From Octopus sinensis (taxonomy: Eukaryota): a stretch of 25,842 bases of DNA. A program made the translations under genes and the position numbers. Positions 1 to 10,934 of the stretch are shown one piece after another. The notes beneath the pieces were generated by a model, which saw only the letters and a list, made by a program, of their open reading frames with translations, did no database searches and had not been told where the DNA came from. The first letter of the stretch is position 1, and the number at the start of each line of letters is the position of its first letter. The stretch spans positions 1 to 25,842 of the forward strand of contig NW_021834035.1 of assembly GCF_006345805.1 (NCBI RefSeq). Reading direction: 5' to 3'.

Positions 1-752
1 GTACCGGGTCTGTGGAACTATCATTCATGACCATTTGCATATGCAAAAGGTGTCTGCCAGATGGATCCAGGTTGCTCACGAACCTTTCCAGAAGCAAGAA
101 CGCGTCGAGTGCTCGGGGTGAATTTGGAGATGTGCCAAGAAGATGAGTAAAATATTTTTCAAAAGACTGATTACACAGGATGAAACCTGGGTCCATCACG
201 ATGATCCAGAGACCAATCCCAGTCAATGCAGTGGAAGCACCGTGACTCCCCCCTCCAAAGAAGGCAGGGTGCAGCCCTCCGCTGGCAAGGTCATGCTCCC
301 AGTCTCTGGGACCAGGACGGAGTAGTGATGACAGATTTCCGGCAAAGTGTACCACAATTGCAGGAGCCTATTATGCTTCACTTTTGAGGAAATAAGAGAA
401 GTTATCAAATCAAGAGGCGGGGCAAGATCAGCAAAGGCATCCTCCTCCTGCAGGACAACGCTCCGATCCACAACTCGCTTGTCGCCAGATCAGAAGCACA
501 GGCGTATGGCTATGAACTCCTCCTCATCCCCCCTACTTTCCTGACCTTGCACCCTCCGATTTTCACCTCTTCCCAATCATGAAGTTGTTTTTGAAAGGAA
601 AGCGTTTCCCAGATGATGCAGCCTTGATTTCTGAAGTCACGTTGAGGTTGGAGGACCAAGCTGGGTTCTTCTACAAAAACGGTCTCCAGATCCGTATCAA
701 ACGATGGGAGAAATGCGTAACTCTGGGTGGTTCCTATGTAGAAAAAGACTAA
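1..752 (+). pseudogene. Inactive mariner transposase, catalytic domain with multiple frameshifts
   Basis: After correcting a 1-nt deletion near 520, 34 residues separate the 2nd and 3rd Asp. The C-terminus RWEKCVTLGGSYVEKD ends in TAA at 750-752. Confidence 0.9.
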
Positions 753-827
753 TAACTGTGCCAAGTTTCGTAGCTCTACTGCTATGGGAAGTGGGTCAAG
801 GGCATTACTTATTGAACGCCCCTCGTA
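1..827 (+). mobile_element. Mariner (Tc1/mariner, DD34D) DNA transposon, 3' half; 5' part lies outside the window
   Basis: Frameshifted translation gives KVSARWI(P)RLL, ITQDETWVHH (D at 179-181), LLQDNAPIH (D at 454-456) and HPPYFPDLAPSDFHLFP. The right end CATTACTTATTGAACGCCCCTCG (803-825) followed by TA (826-827) is a typical mariner TIR plus TA target site. Confidence 0.93.
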
Positions 828-866
828 TCTATGTGTTTTACGGATTTATTTTTTACCGTTTATAAA

Positions 867-1137
867 CTCCTTTACTTGTTTCAGTCGTTTGACTGTGGCC
901 ATGCTGGAGCACTGCCTTTCGTCGAACAAATCGACCCCCAGGACTTTGTAAGCCTAGTACTTATTTTATCGGTCTATTTTGCCGAACCGCTAAGTAACGG
1001 GGACGTAAACACACCAGCATCGGTTGTCAAGCGATGTTGAGGGGACAAACACAGGCACACAAACATAACACACCACCACACACACATACATACATCATGC
1101 ATACATAATACTTACATACATACATACATGCATATAT

Positions 1138-1182
<45 letters not shown>

Positions 1183-1312
1183 CGGGCCTTTCTCAGTTTC
1201 CGTCCACCAAATCCACTCACAAGGCTTTGATCGGCCCCAAGGTGCCACGCAGTGGGACTAAACCCGGAACCATGTGGCTGGTAAGCAAGCAACTTACCAC
1301 ACAGCCACTCCT
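867..1312 (-). mobile_element. tRNA-derived SINE family A, near full length with a ~25-nt internal deletion
   Basis: The minus strand begins AGGAGTGGCTGTGTGG (A box) and has a B-box-like GGTTTAGTCCC, an internal (TA)/(TATG) tract and the family 3' tail. It is similar to many other copies in the window and lacks the GAGGCTATAGTAGAAGACACTTGCC segment. Confidence 0.9.
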
Positions 1313-2035
1313 ATTTTTATTCTTTTTATGGTTCATGATTTTTTTTCTAATATTTCCAATTATTCTTCTTCACCCGTCAAAACCTTTTTCTTAGTCTTTT
1401 TATATATTCAAAATGACGATTTTAGTACATTCTCCAAATTTAGTTTGAGGATCGGATCATCAGCTTCAGTACACTTATAGCTCTGTACTTTTGGTATTGA
1501 GGACTCTTTTTTCGTTTTGTTTAAATTCATGTACTTACACACACACACAACACACACACACACTGGTTGGAAAGCAAGCCTATTCTGCCGGAAAATACTT
1601 CATAATCTCTTCAAACCTTCTTTGTTACAGCTATCAGAAATTGTTTACCTTCCTGTTGTGTCTTTAAATTTTAACTTCAATTTAACCCCAACGGGTACGT
1701 TAATGACAGAAAGATTACTTTTGAGATGGCTCATTCTCATCCAGAACATCAATTCATTCCGTTGCAGCTATCAAAATATAGAAGAAGAAAACAAAAACAA
1801 AAAACAAGCTCACAGTCATCCTTGATGCAAGAAGCAGTGCTTCTTCATGATAGTGAATTATGGTTCATGTTCGATAGCAGTAGTTTAATATAAACCCTTG
1901 AGCTAATGAACTGAGACGGAAACAAAAATTGCATAATTTGCATTGCTAGGTTTTTTTGTGGCATGACACGGAATCAGCTCAGTTTTGTATTTTCAGCAAC
2001 AACCCTGTTCTAATAAAAATGGAGATCTTGATGAT

Positions 2036-2135
2036 AGCGGTAATGATGGTGCAAGTGGTGGTGCTGGTGGTGGTGGTGCTGCTGATGTTGCTGCTGATGC
2101 TGGTAGTACTAGTGATGGTGGTGGGTACGGTGGTG
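2036..2135. repeat. Degenerate (GGT/GCT/GAT)n trinucleotide repeat
   Basis: Seen directly. Confidence 0.85.
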
Positions 2136-2147
2136 TCTCTCTCTAAG

Positions 2148-2470
2148 TACGGAGTAAAATTTTGGGATCTATTCAATTTGACGGCCAGATTTTTTAATTA
2201 ATTGTTTTTTAACTAAACACTTTGAAACTTCGGATACTGATAGAATGTATCACACAGAACAGGGTTTACTCTTAGCGTTTTTGACAAAATTTTGTATTTT
2301 AGAAATTATTTCGTGTTAAAGTTGTCGTATTTGGGTAATTTTTAACTAATCAATGACGTGTATTCAGCTGAAGAAAATTATTCTCTCCAACAGATAATTC
2401 TCGATATGGATCATTTTGCTGAAAGATCATTTTCATATATCGAAGAATATTGACCAAATATAAAAACAGA
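2148..2470. mobile_element. Possible non-autonomous DNA transposon (MITE-like) fragment
   Basis: Only a recalled resemblance to a common cephalopod repeat beginning TACGGAGTAAA...CATTTGACGG. No second copy or TIR pair in the window. Confidence 0.25.
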
Positions 2471-2810
2471 AATGATATGTGAATGCATTAGATATCGTTG
2501 TTGTTGACAAGATTTCTACTCAGCGTGGTCAATATCTTTTCTTTTTTGTTCATGCTTGCTTTAAATACATTTTATTGTTTTCTATTTATAAAGTGAATTA
2601 TTTTGTACATCGTCACTTGTTTTTTTTTCTTTCGCAGGTGTGGCATGAAATATTCATGACCGCTTGTTTCGATTGTTTTTCCTTTAATTTTTTTTTTACT
2701 GGTGACGCAAAAAGAAAAGAAACTTTGTCCAAAAATAAAACACAATCCTTATCTTTCCCTCTTCTCACACTTTGTAAGAGGAATCTCCGAGTGTAAGAAT
2801 TATCTATATA

Positions 2811-2987
2811 CTCTTTTACTTGTGGCCATGCTGGAGCACCGCCTTTAGTCGAGCAAATCGACCCCAGGACTTATTCTTTGTAAGCCTAGTACTTATTCTA
2901 TCGGTCTCTAAGTTACGGGAACGTAGACACACCAGCATCGGTTGTCAAGCGATGTTGGGGGGACAAACACAGACACAAAAAACACAC

Positions 2988-3022
<35 letters not shown>
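2811..3022 (-). mobile_element. SINE family A, 5'-truncated (3' half only)
   Basis: Tail and body match the other A copies up to the internal (TA)n tract, with small deletions. It abuts the next copy. Confidence 0.88.
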
Positions 3023-3041
<19 letters not shown>

Positions 3042-3426
3042 CTTGTTTCAGTCATTTTGACTGCGGCCATGCTGAAGCACCGCCTTTAATCGAGCAACTC
3101 GACCCCGGGACTTATTCTTTGTAAGCCCAGTACTTATTCTATCGGTCTCTTTTGCCGAATCGCTAAGTGACGGGGACATAAACACACCAGCATCGGTTGT
3201 CAAGCAATGCTAGGGGGACAAACACAGACACACAAACATACACGCACATACATACATATACATATATACGACGGGCTTCTTTCAGTTTCCGTCTACCAAA
3301 TCCACTCACAAGGCTTTGGTCGGCCCGAGGCTATAGTAGAAGACACTTGCCCTAGGTGCCACGCAGTGGGACTGAACCTGGAACCGTGTGGCTGGTAAGC
3401 AAGCTACTTACCACACAGCCACTCCT
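3023..3426 (-). mobile_element. SINE family A, full length with A-rich tail
   Basis: Head (A box/B box) ends at 3426. Tail motif present and followed by a T18 run on + (poly-A on the element strand). Confidence 0.92.
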
Positions 3427-3670
3427 ACTCCCACTCCCATGAGAGTGATTTGAACACAAAACTACTATAAGGAAACGCTAAATTTAGGATGCCTCAAAAT
3501 TATCTATCAACTCGCTTAGTTATTGTTGTGGCAGTTACTGTTTACTTCCATATTACTCCTAAAAAAAAAGCAGGTCTATGATCAAAGGTGCGGTGTCTCG
3601 TCCTACTTTTTATACACATTGTATCCGGGTGTTTTACTTCGTTTTTCTTTTTTATTCCAATAGAATAAAA

Positions 3671-4966
3671 GGCGCGTGGGGTCGCGTGGCTTAGTGGTTA
3701 GGGTGTCGGCACCATGATTGTAAGATTGTGGTTTCGATTCCTGGACCGGGCTGCGTGTTGTGTTCTTGAGCAAAACACTTTATTTCACGTTGCTCCAGTT
3801 CACTCAGCTAGCTGGTAAAAATGAGTAACGCTGTGATGGACTGGTGTCCCGTCCAGCTGTGGATCACATACACCATAGAAACCGGGGAAACCAGGCCCAA
3901 CGAGCCTGACTAGGCTTTAAAAGGGCACATTTATTTTTAGGTGGAGGCGCGTGGCTTAGTGGTTAGGGTGTCGGCACCATGATTGTAAGATTGTGGTTTC
4001 GATTCCTGGACCGGGCGATGTGTTGTGCTCTTGAGCAAAACACTTTATTTCACGTTGCTCCAGTTCACTCAGCTAGCTGGTAAAAATGAGTAACGCTGTG
4101 ATGGACTGGTGTCCCGTCCAGCTGTGGATCACATACTCCATGGAAACCGGGAAACCGGGCCCATGAGCCTGACTAGGCTTTAAAAGGGCACATTTATTTT
4201 TAGGTGGAGGCGCGTGGCTTAGTGGTTAGGGTGTCGGCACCATGATTGTAAGATTGTGGTTTCGATTCCTGGACCGGGCGATGTGTTGTGCTCTTGAGCA
4301 AAACACTTTATTTCACGTTGCTCCAGTTCACTCAGCTAGCTGGTAAAAATGAGTAACGCTGTGATGGACTGGTGTCCCGTCCAGCTGTGGATCACATACA
4401 CCATAGAAACCGGGGAAACCAGGCCCAACGAGCCTGACTAGGCTTTAAAAGGGCACATTTATTTTTAGGTGGAGGCGCGTGGCTTAGTGGTTAGGGTGTC
4501 GGCACCATGATTGTAAGATTGTGGTTTCGATTCCTGGACCGGGCGATGTGTTGTGCTCTTGAGCAAAACACTTTATTTCACGTTGCTCCAGTTCACTCAG
4601 CTGGTAAAATTGAGTAACGCTGTGATGGACTGGTGTCCCGTCCAGCTGTGGATCACATACGCCATGGAAACCGGGAAACCGGGCCCATGACCCTGGCTAG
4701 GCTTTAAAAGGGCACATTTATTTTTAGGTGGAGGCGCGTGGCTTAATGGTTAGGGTGTCGGCACCATGATTGTAAGATTGTGGTTTCGATTCCTGGACCG
4801 GGTGATGTGTTGTGTTCTTGAGCAAAATACTTTATTTCACGTTGCTCCAGTTCACTCAGCTAGCTGGTAAAAATGAGTAACGCTGTGATGGACTGGCGTC
4901 CCGTCCAGCTGTGGATCACATACGCCATGGAAACCGGGGAAACCAGGCCCAACGAGCCTGACTAGG
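3671..4966 (+). repeat. Tandem array of five ~259-265 bp tRNA-headed SINE-like units (family B)
   Basis: The GCGTGGCTTAGTGG anchor recurs at 3684, 3949, 4212, 4477 and 4736 (the last copy reads GCGTGGCTTAATGG). Each unit has A box TGGCTTAGTGG and B-box-like GGTTTCGATTCC; units 1-4 end in TTTATTTTT. Confidence 0.95.
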
Positions 4967-4981
4967 TTCTAAGAGAAAAAT

Positions 4982-5038
4982 GCGGTGCTCCAGCATGGCC
5001 GCAGTCAAATGACTGAAACAAGTAAAAGAGTAAAAGAG
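4982..5038 (+). mobile_element. Family A 3' tail only, fused to the end of the family B array
   Basis: GCGGTGCTCCAGCATGGCCGCAGTCAAATGACTGAAACAAG followed by TAAAAGAG x2. Confidence 0.9.
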
Positions 5039-5454
5039 AATGCAATTTGGGGGGGATTTAGCTTGTATTTATTTCTGTACAGTGAAGCGATCACGTTCAG
5101 GTTCACGTTGGTTCATCATCTCCGTCGTCATTGTCGTGTTGCCTTGTTGTTCAGGTCTAATTCAGCGCTGATAAACCAGACTTATCGCACTTTATGTAAG
5201 TCGCTCAAGCAAATAGGTGTACAACCCCGGAGATCTGTTGCATCACATGTAAGTAATCACATCACCACCATGTAGGAGAGAAAAGCCATACATTATTGTA
5301 CTCAGACATGCATAAGTTTATCGTTTCGTTTGCAGCGTGCAGTCTGGTTAAGTTGCTTGTTTGCTTGTTTGTTCTTTATTGTCTTTTGCTTTGCTTTCTA
5401 GGTTATTAAACCACGCTGGTAAAAGAATTTATATATTAACTTCCTAACCAATGG

Positions 5455-5635
5455 CGATGATGTCGAAGACGACGATGACGATGACAACGACGGCGGTGGA
5501 GGTGGCTGTGGAAGCGGCTGCGCCACTGGTGGTGGTGGTGGTGGTGGAGATGGTGATGGTGATGGTGGAGATGGTGATGGAGATGGTGGAGATGGTGGTG
5601 GTGGAGATGGTGTTGGTGGTGGTGGTTGATGGCAA
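5455..5635. repeat. Degenerate (GAC/GGT/GAT)n trinucleotide field
   Basis: Seen directly. Confidence 0.9.
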
Positions 5636-5705
5636 TGGTTTTAAGTAGTTCGCGGTATAGGGGCGTGTGCGTTATTGGCCAATGGCGGTGTTTGCATTGC
5701 GTGTG

Positions 5706-5707
<2 letters not shown>

Positions 5708-5757
<50 letters not shown>

Positions 5758-6137
5758 TTTGCATGTGTTTGTGTGTGTGTGTGCGCGCGCGCGCTTTTTG
5801 TGGTGTGTGTGTTAGTGTGAGTGTACATATTGTCTCTGTGTATTTGTGTGAGTGTGTGTTTGTACAAGTGAGTACATGCCTGTGTACATGTGTGTAGGTA
5901 CATGTGTGTGTAGATGTGTGTGTATGTGTGTGAGTGTGTGTTTGTGTGTATGTGTGTGACAAGGGTGATAGACGGAAGTGCCGTGAGATTCGAGGAAAGA
6001 GGGGTAAGTGAAGCGAGCCGGTATGGGATGGTGAACACAAGGATATGGTGGAGGTGGACATCTTGTTTAGCTAGAGATTGGCTGGTGGCAGTAAGCAGAA
6101 ACACAGAGAGAGAGAGAGACACACACACACAGAGAAG

Positions 6138-6180
<43 letters not shown>
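5708..6180. repeat. Compound (TA)n, (TG)n and (GA)n dinucleotide field
   Basis: Seen directly. Confidence 0.9.
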
Positions 6181-6187
<7 letters not shown>

Positions 6188-6299
6188 CGGTTTTTGAGAC
6201 AAATAGGGTATGCTACTTCCCATGAGACTCATTGGTGGTGACAGGGAGTGGATGGTGTAAAAGTGTCTAGTCATGCCTTCTGAATTCCCAACAAAGGTG

Positions 6300-6356
6300 A
6301 CTAACAACAGTAAAAACAACAACAACAACAACAACAACAACATCAGCAGCAACAGC

Positions 6357-6392
<36 letters not shown>

Positions 6393-6655
6393 GGTGGTTG
6401 TAGTAAAAGCAGTTTTTGTTGAAGTTGTACTGAAAGTCGTGGTCGAAGTTTACAACCTTTAGCAATACCACCAACATAGCACAGTTCTAGTATTAGTAGT
6501 AGTTGTAGTAGTAGTCGTAGTAGTAGCAGAAATAGCAGCAGTAGTAGTAGTAGTAGTAGTAGTAGCAGCAGCAGCAGTTGTTGTTATTGTTGTTGCTGTA
6601 GTACTAGAAGCCGTGGTAGAAGTTTACAACTATAACAACCTCAAGTAGTAGTAGC

Positions 6656-6748
<93 letters not shown>

Positions 6749-6914
6749 TGTAGTAGCAGCAGCAGCAGTAACAGTAGTAGTAGTAGTAGTAGTTGTTGTT
6801 GTTGTAGCTGTGGTTGTTGTCACTGTAGTGGTAGAAGAAACAGCAACAGAAGTAATTATAGCAGCAACAACAAAATAGAATGTTAGATGCAGCAACAGCA
6901 GCAACAGCAGCACC

Positions 6915-6970
<56 letters not shown>

Positions 6971-7228
6971 CAGTAGGTGCTTGTGGTGCAGCTGCAACGG
7001 TGCCAACAGCAGCTGCAGCAGCAGTAGCAGCAGTAAAGTAAATAAACAATAGAAGTAGCAAGTGCACCGGAGACAATAATCCTAACAGAAACAGCAAAGA
7101 CAGCAGCAGCAGCATTTGTAACACTACAAGAGAGAGGGGGGAGGAGGAGGAGGGGAGGAGGAGGAGAGGAGGAGGAGAGAGTCAGCATGTAACAACAACA
7201 ACAACACCAACAATAACAACTATACAAT
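6300..7228. repeat. ~0.9 kb compound (AGT/AGC/AAC/GTT/GAG)n trinucleotide field
   Basis: Seen directly; it is the source of the poly-T/Y/L/C ORFs in the track. Confidence 0.95.
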
Positions 7229-7236
7229 AACGCTCC

Positions 7237-7782
<546 letters not shown>

Positions 7783-7857
7783 ACGCCTATAACAGTTAGT
7801 TATAGTTTTTACTGGTTTCCAATTTTGGCTCTAGGCCTGTAATGTCGGGTAGTGGTG

Positions 7858-7996
7858 GACTCCAGTGTTCAACTGGTACTTATTTTATCGACCCCCACAA
7901 AGGGATGAAAAGCAAATTTGACCTCGGCGTTTGGACTCAGAACAAAATGACGCTAAACACTTTGCCAGGCATGCTAACGATTCTGCCAGCTCGCCG
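7858..7996 (-). mobile_element. tRNA-derived SINE family E, 5' portion, diverged
   Basis: Shares AACTGGTACTT..ATCGACCCC..GGATGAAA.GCAAA.TCGACCTCGGCG..GCTAACGATTCTGCCAGCTC with the copies at 9971 and 10667. Confidence 0.8.
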
Positions 7997-8221
7997 CCCT
8001 CAAATCTCCAGTAATAATTTTGTTTCTATTATAAGCACAAGGTCTGAAATTTTGGTGGGGGAGATAGTCGACTACATTGTCCCCAATACCTTCCATCTTT
8101 CTGGAATCGATAAAATAAAGTACCAGTCAAGTACTGAGGTTAATATAATCAACTGTTCTCTTTCACAAAATTTCCGGGTTTGTACCTATTCAAGACGTTT
8201 TGTCAATACTTGTTTATGTGC

Positions 8222-8264
8222 GCGCGCGTGTGTGTGTACGTATGTATATATGTATGTATGTATG

Positions 8265-8298
<34 letters not shown>

Positions 8299-8440
8299 TG
8301 TATGTATGTATGTATGTATGCATGTATGTATGTATGTATGTATGTATGTATGTATGTATGTATGTATGCATGCATGCATGTATGTATGCATGCATGCATG
8401 TATGTATGTATGTATGTATGTATGTATGTATGTATGTATG
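8222..8440. repeat. (TATG)n microsatellite with CATG variants
   Basis: Seen directly. Confidence 0.95.
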
Positions 8441-8441
8441 T

Positions 8442-9009
8442 GTCAGGTCACTTTCGAGTGCTACTGGTAACATGTAACCCAGTACAACCTGTTGCATGGT
8501 CGGGTCGTCGGCGACTAAACCGGCAATCCCACTAAGCTTGCTTGGTGAGGAGGGTGTTTATTGGACACCCTGCGGGATGGAAAACAAAACCCGTCAAAGG
8601 GCGGAGGAACTCTTGAGAGTCAACGGCCATCCAATAAATGTCTTAAGGCTGTATCATGCTCGGGGACATAGAAATAATCCGACTGAATACCCGATCGCGC
8701 GATTAAACCATTGGGAGTGAAGGACTTCCTGTCTTTGTTAGGGCATCCTTCTAGGAGAAGGTAACTCAGGTAACTGGGATAACTCCGACATAAAACCTGC
8801 GGCTCAGTGGTTTCCGATGATGTTGACTTGTTCTTCTTTTCGGATTATGGCTGCTGTTGCTTAGTGAGATTGACTCAGTGCACAGCCTTTCCTCACTTAA
8901 AAAAATCTTCTTGCACAGGCATTGCACGATAACAACATTGATTAAGCTTCGGGCAATGGCCATACTTGATAACGAGGGGGCAGCCACCAATGTATGTATG
9001 TATGTATGT
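8442..9009 (+). mobile_element. Putative non-autonomous RTE-derived retroelement: UTR-like body plus RTE 3' end plus (ATGT)n tail
   Basis: Its last ~45 nt (AGCTTCGGGCAATGGCCATACTTGATAACGAGGGGGCAGCCA) match the 3' UTR of the RTE fragment at 13297-13467. There is no ORF. The resemblance of the body to RTE 5' UTRs (GGGCATCCTTCTAGGAGAAGG) is from memory. Confidence 0.6.
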
Positions 9010-9180
9010 AAAGTTAATCCAAACATGAAAACACAAACGGAAAACACAACAACGCGAGGACGTGGAACAAATATAGTGTTATTGGACGTTCAGGAACGGA
9101 ACGAAGGAAAGAGGATTTAACGTTTCCGGTGGAGCTCTTCATCAGAAACATAGAAAAAGGAAAGATCCAAGGAAGGGAAG
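9010..9180 (-). mobile_element. Probable Penelope-like element (PLE) terminal fragment carrying a degenerate minimal hammerhead
   Basis: The minus strand reads GTTT-CTGATGA-AGAGCTCCACCG-GAAAC-GTT-AAAT. A related segment lies at 23940-24010. Confidence 0.55.
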
Positions 9181-9314
<134 letters not shown>

Positions 9315-9970
9315 CATAATCAAGAAAATGAGCGACAATAAAGAACTCAGAGCGGACAAGAAAAACTAACTACTATAAATAATAACTTCTTTATTTACTA
9401 AGACTGTCTTCTCTTCGAGCGGAAGTAAAAAAACACCGAGCGGCAATTGCAACCAGTACTAAAACATCGACTGAAAATTAACATGATATGAAGAAAAAGA
9501 TGGACTCTTTTTGGTCTTGATTTTTTCTGGAGACAAGAGGACAATAGTGAATATATGTTTTTACCTGAATAGGCGTCAGGTGCACAGTATTTTCCTACCT
9601 TCATTTCAGCAGACATAAGGAGCACATACAAAAAAAGCAAATGACTATAAGCTGCATCCTGTAGGGGAGCCCTAGTCCGGAGGCTCCGAGGCTTTGAGGA
9701 GTGTGGAACCAGCTCTTAACCACTATTATTTCCAGGTCTACTCTAACCTGGAGTACTAGCACCTGCTTGGGTCGCAGCTTTGGGACCCCAACAGCATGCG
9801 AACTACAACACCATCAAGTACCCTGACCTCCTAATATGCTGCAAATCCCTTATTTCGGTTCTAGAGAGATTAGAACACAAAACTAAAATGCCCATCAGGG
9901 CTGTATCCTTTTCATGTTTACTATTTTCTTCTCACTAGTCTACCATCATTATCATTGTTATTATCATACT

Positions 9971-10197
9971 TATTTCTTTACTACCCACAAGGGGCTAAAC
10001 ACAGAGAGGGACAAACAAGGACAGACAGACGGATTAAGTCGATTATATCGACCCCAGTGCGTAACTGGTACTTAATTAATCGACCCCGAAAGGATGAAAG
10101 GCAAAGTCGACCTCGGCGAAAATTGAACTCACAACGTAACGGCAGACGAAATACCGCTCGGCATTTCGCCCGACGTGCTAACGATTCTGCCAGCTCA
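9971..10197 (-). mobile_element. SINE family E, near full length
   Basis: The minus strand has a tRNA-like head (GAGCTGGCAGAATCGTTAGC ... GAGTTCAATTTTCGCCGAGG), a central GACTTTGCCTTTCATCCTTTCGGGGTCGAT block, and a tail ending CCCCTTGTGGGTAGTAAAGAAATA. Confidence 0.85.
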
Positions 10198-10561
10198 CTG
10201 ATAACTTCCTACACTTCGGAAACTCCTCTTACAAGGGTTGAAAAAATGTCTTGAAGGTCCCCTAATTCTCGTTAGAACTTCCTTCTAGAAAATAAACTCG
10301 TGTAAAACCCTGAAATGTAGTTGGTTTCTGGTTATCTCACCTTCTGGTTATCTCACTGATTGCACTGAAAATTGGGTTCAATGCTGTGCAACTGTTCATC
10401 CCCTCAATACAAATCCACTGACAGAAACGTCTTGGACTCTCAGAACATTCGTACAAGCTTAATGAGTTTAGAAAGTTGCCTTGGTCACTTGACTTCTGCC
10501 ATGTACGTATGTATGTTTATCATTATAGGTTGGGTGGAAGAGGTGTTGTGGAGAAATATAT

Positions 10562-10606
10562 TCTTTTACTTGTCTCAGTCATTTGCTTGGGGCCATGCTG
10601 GAGCAC
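10562..10606 (-). mobile_element. Family A 3' tail fragment
   Basis: TCTTTTACTTGTCTCAGTCATTTG..GGCCATGCTGGAGCAC. Confidence 0.8.
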
Positions 10607-10666
10607 ATATATGTGTGACTTTGTCTCTGTGATTTTCCAACTCATGTGTGACAATCTGACATACGT

Positions 10667-10853
10667 ACAAGGACAGACAAACGGATTAAGTCGATTACAT
10701 CGACCCCAGTGCGTAACTGGTACTTATTTAATCGACCCCGAAAGGATGAAAGGCAAAGTGGACCTCGGCGGAATTTGAACTCAGAACGTAAAGACATTCG
10801 AAATACCGCTAAACATTTCGCCCAGCGTGCTAACGTTTCTCCCACATCGCCGC
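10667..10853 (-). mobile_element. SINE family E, lacking the extreme 3' tail
   Basis: Highly similar to 10015-10197. Confidence 0.85.
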
Positions 10854-10934
10854 CTTCCACTCAAACATTTACTAAAGTAGGAACAGGCTTTGTGCATAGA
10901 AGTTTTCTTCTTTACCACATAGTTTACCACATGT

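Noticed and set aside
3677-3760. tRNA gene cluster (CAT anticodon-like CACCATGA in each unit)
   Set aside because: A and B boxes are present, but I could not pair the anticodon or acceptor stems, and the unit continues ~190 nt into SINE body.
3671-4966. CRISPR array
   Set aside because: Units are ~263 bp and near-identical along their whole length with no unique spacers; eukaryotic context and no cas genes.
7134-7180. G-quadruplex
   Set aside because: Mostly GG tracts in a (GGA)n repeat; only a weak two-tetrad potential that is common in such repeats.
5436-7227. Long ORFs rich in His, Val, Thr, Tyr or Leu (up to 230 aa)
   Set aside because: Translations of di- and trinucleotide repeats, open in several overlapping frames on both strands.
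9640-9830. Unclassified interspersed repeat
   Set aside because: Resembles a cephalopod repeat only from memory; no second copy or diagnostic motif in the window.
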